A DNA stretch of 63,830 bases, the filler included, from Nemertoderma westbladi (taxonomy: Eukaryota > Animalia > Xenacoelomorpha), in the NCBI GenBank assembly GCA_032718475.1. It is 3 parts of 3 records of this genome, joined end to end, with 100 filler letters (N's around TTAATTAATTAA, not from the genome) between each part and the next. Parts side by side here need not be neighbours in the genome. Positions count along the whole stretch, not along the records: positions 58,549 to 63,830 come from JAUCBJ010000984.1; 2 more parts are not named here. One strand, given 5' to 3'. The translations under genes and the position numbers were made by a program. This document shows, one piece after another, positions 61,100 to 63,830 of this stretch. The first letter of the stretch is position 1; the number at the start of each line of letters is the position of its first letter. The notes beneath the pieces were generated by a model. It made no database searches and was not told the DNA's origin. It saw nothing but the letters and a program-made list of their open reading frames with translations.

Positions 61100-61750
61100 T
61101 ATATCGTTTAATGTTTTTGTTAGAAAATACCACTAGTGTAACCTGTTCCTTTCCCAGGATTGGTATATTATCTGTATGAATATTGTCTATTGTTTTGATT
61201 ATAAGTCACCGCCACTGTCACCTGTTCTTTCCCAGGATTGGTTATCTATCTGTAACACATGTAATCTGTTTTATTGAGTATCGTTTAATGTTTTGGTTAC
61301 AAAATACCGCCACTGTAACCTGTTCCTTTCCCAGAATTGGTATTTTTTACTGTTTTGCCAATGTAATCTGTCTTCTTGAGTATCGTTTATTGATTCGTTG
61401 GTTAGAAAGCACTGCCATTGTCATCTGTTAATTTCCCAAGATTTGTATATTTTCTGTGTTATCCACTTAACCTGTTTTCTTCAGCATCTTTTATTGTTTT
61501 GGTTAGAAAGCACTGTCTCTGTAACCTGTTCCTTTCCCAAGATTGGTATATTTTCTGTGTTATCCATTTAACCTGTTTTCTTCAGTATCTTTTATTGTTT
61601 TGGTTAGAAAGCACTGTCTCTGTAACCTGTACTTTTCCCAAGATTGGTATATTTTATGTGGCCCTTGTAACCTGTTTTCTTGATTTTGTTTTATTATTTT
61701 GGTTAGAAAATACCGCCACTGCTGCACTGTAACCTGTTCCTTTCCCATCA
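61100..61750. repeat. ~95-100-bp diverged tandem repeat (ttttggttagaaa..cactgtaacctgttcctttccca.gattggtat), ~6-7 units
   Basis: Directly visible; the unit matches the reverse complement of ~6928-6970. Confidence 0.85.
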
Positions 61751-62062
61751 ATGGTGTAATTGTCTACTGTCATAAAGTTTACAACCCTTCGTCCCCTTTA
61801 CCGTTAATTACCGGTAATCAAATTTATCTTTACCAAAATTCTGTTCGGAAAAGCGTTAGTTTCCCAGATTAGTTTAAAACACGTGAACTTCATGTGGTCA
61901 GTAGACTGTTAGTGCAGTCTGCAATACTGTTGCACGGGTAGGCCTACCGAGTACCGGTATTGAACAGAGAGTGCCGGTAAACAGAATTAATAGTCCCAAT
62001 TTATTGCTGTATGCTGGCAGGCTGGTATGCTACCGGTACCGGTACACTAATTGTCAACAAAA

Positions 62063-62704
62063 ATGGCCTCCGATCCGGAACAACAACGAGCGTTTAATTT
62101 ACGGGTTGAAAACGGAACCCAAATCGCCTTCGTCCGAGAACGGAACGGGGAGCGACACGATATAAACATTCTGAGCGTCGAGATTGAGAATGCAGCGAAA
62201 TCATCCGCACCTTGGATAGTCATAGAATCCCGCAAATTCGGCGACGTGGTTGCGAGTTGGATAACAACTGGTAACCTTCTACACAAAGGCGCAGTCCTAT
62301 CGGGTCTGGCCGCGTTGGCCATCTCGCTACTGCCAGGCGTACCGGTCCGAGCGAACAGCCTGCAGACTGTCCTAGCGGGATCGTGCGCCGTCATGAGTTT
62401 ATCTTTAGTGGCTATCTACCAGAGTTCGTGGCAGTACGACCCATGCAGCAGGTACCAAGTAGTCTCTGACCCAGTTACTCTCTCCCAACTGCCCTTACAG
62501 TCCGCTCTCACCACCTCCCAACCCACTGTGCTAACCTACCGCAATGATTGCTACCGCCAGAACCTGCACAACTTCCTAGCCGGTATTCTAGTCCTTTTTT
62601 ACGGTATAAAACTCAAAAGTTATTTGTGGAATAGGTTGTCTTCCCCTAACAGTTCCTCGTGTACCTCCCCTTACCTACACTCTCGGCGGTTTCTCATTGA
62701 TTAG
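62063..62704 (+). CDS. TMEM11: Transmembrane protein 11 (mitochondrial; PMI-like), intronless
   Basis: ATG at 62063; WIVIE..GD..WITTGNLLHKGAVLSGL, SWQYDPCSRYQV, LP..LT.S.P.VL.YRND..R..LHN. Confidence 0.9.
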   Translation: MASDPEQQRAFNLRVENGTQIAFVRERNGERHDINILSVEIENAAKSSAPWIVIESRKFGDVVASWITTGNLLHKGAVLSGLAALAISLLPGVPVRANSLQTVLAGSCAVMSLSLVAIYQSSWQYDPCSRYQVVSDPVTLSQLPLQSALTTSQPTVLTYRNDCYRQNLHNFLAGILVLFYGIKLKSYLWNRLSSPNSSSCTSPYLHSRRFLID

Positions 62705-63830
62705 ATGTAAACCAATTGGTTTGTTATTCCATTTTTGTGCTGAAACGGACACAATAAGTACCCAGCCTTTGTAGTATATCCGTTAGATATCGAGATAGAT
62801 AGTCTACAGTCTCGTCTCTGCAGGTTAATTTTTTATACTTAAAGTGGTATATAGATAAATAGCTAGGATATTTTTTATATCATTACGTCGCCTTCAGAAA
62901 AACACTAATAACACTAGCACTAGCAACTATTAATTGTGTTGATATATAAATAATCCCTCTTATATTTTAATTGTCAAAATTTAACAAATTTAAATTTAAA
63001 AAAAGGAGGGGGGGGGGGGGGGGGGGGGGTTGTGTAGTTACCAACAAGTTAGCCTTTTGCTCTAATAATTCAAAGTGAATATGATGGAATGTGAAATTTA
63101 ATGGTTTTATTTAGAAATTGAAAAAATTACGTGCACTTCACCGGAAGTTGAAGTTGAGCCAGCGCTATACGTACGTTTCAGCCTATCAGGCTATCTCTAA
63201 CAGCGGACCTACCGGCCTCAAATATGTTAGAGTGATACAGGAAGGAAGTACATATAAATATATATTCAGCTCGAGTATTGTCCTGGTGATATTAATAAAT
63301 GAATCGGAGTACAGCATATGCAGCATATGGACGATTAGTTGGGAGAGCAAATGTCAGGGGCAAGTGGCTACACTATGGTTATCGCTACTGATGAGGATTA
63401 TAGGCCGAACCGTATAGCGCTGGTTCAACCCCCGGTGACGTGCTTCCTCGTTTTTTTCAATTTCTGAATAAAACTATATTATTAATAATAATAATTCAAT
63501 CTTCAATGTATAACCCATTTTGGCGGGGTAATAATTATTTTTAGTATATCAACTCAAATATTGCCCCGACTGTATTTCATTCAATAGCCAAAACTTTGCG
63601 GTGCGGTACACCATATTTACTAACTTCATGCTAATTCAGTTTGTGTCAATTATCGTAAGATTTCATGTTAACAGTCAGTGACACGTTTGTTGGGCCATCG
63701 CGCAGGACGAGGCTCAGTTATTAGATACAGATTAAAATAGAGCAATTCTATCCCAAAATCGGTACTTAAGAAATTTAAATAAATAAATAAGAAAATTTAA
63801 CCAAAACGTCAATAAGAATAAATCAAAGAA

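Overview
AT-rich, repeat-rich invertebrate (metazoan) genomic DNA, not prokaryotic. It consists of three contigs joined by artificial 100-bp N spacers that carry TTAATTAATTAA (28428-28527, 58449-58548), so adjacency across them is not established. Contig 1 has eight phase-consistent internal exons of a Trio/Kalirin-type spectrin-repeat gene (+). Four intronless antisense genes appear to be nested in it: an Ig-type receptor, a frameshifted type II fibrinogen-domain receptor, Gemin2 and MANBAL. It also has a splice-donor/CRE minisatellite interrupted by a LINE, an RTE fragment, foldback MITEs and a 149-copy 27-bp satellite. Contig 2 has a decayed gag-protease-only BEL/Pao element, a KCTD8/12/16 exon, SINEs and MITEs, and a spliced, nearly intact tyrosine-recombinase gene. 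That gene is probably a Crypton(V)-like transposon whose left end sits in a (CA)n tract. Contig 3 has intronless RPS14 and TMEM11. All family assignments come from motif recognition by eye; no database searches were run.
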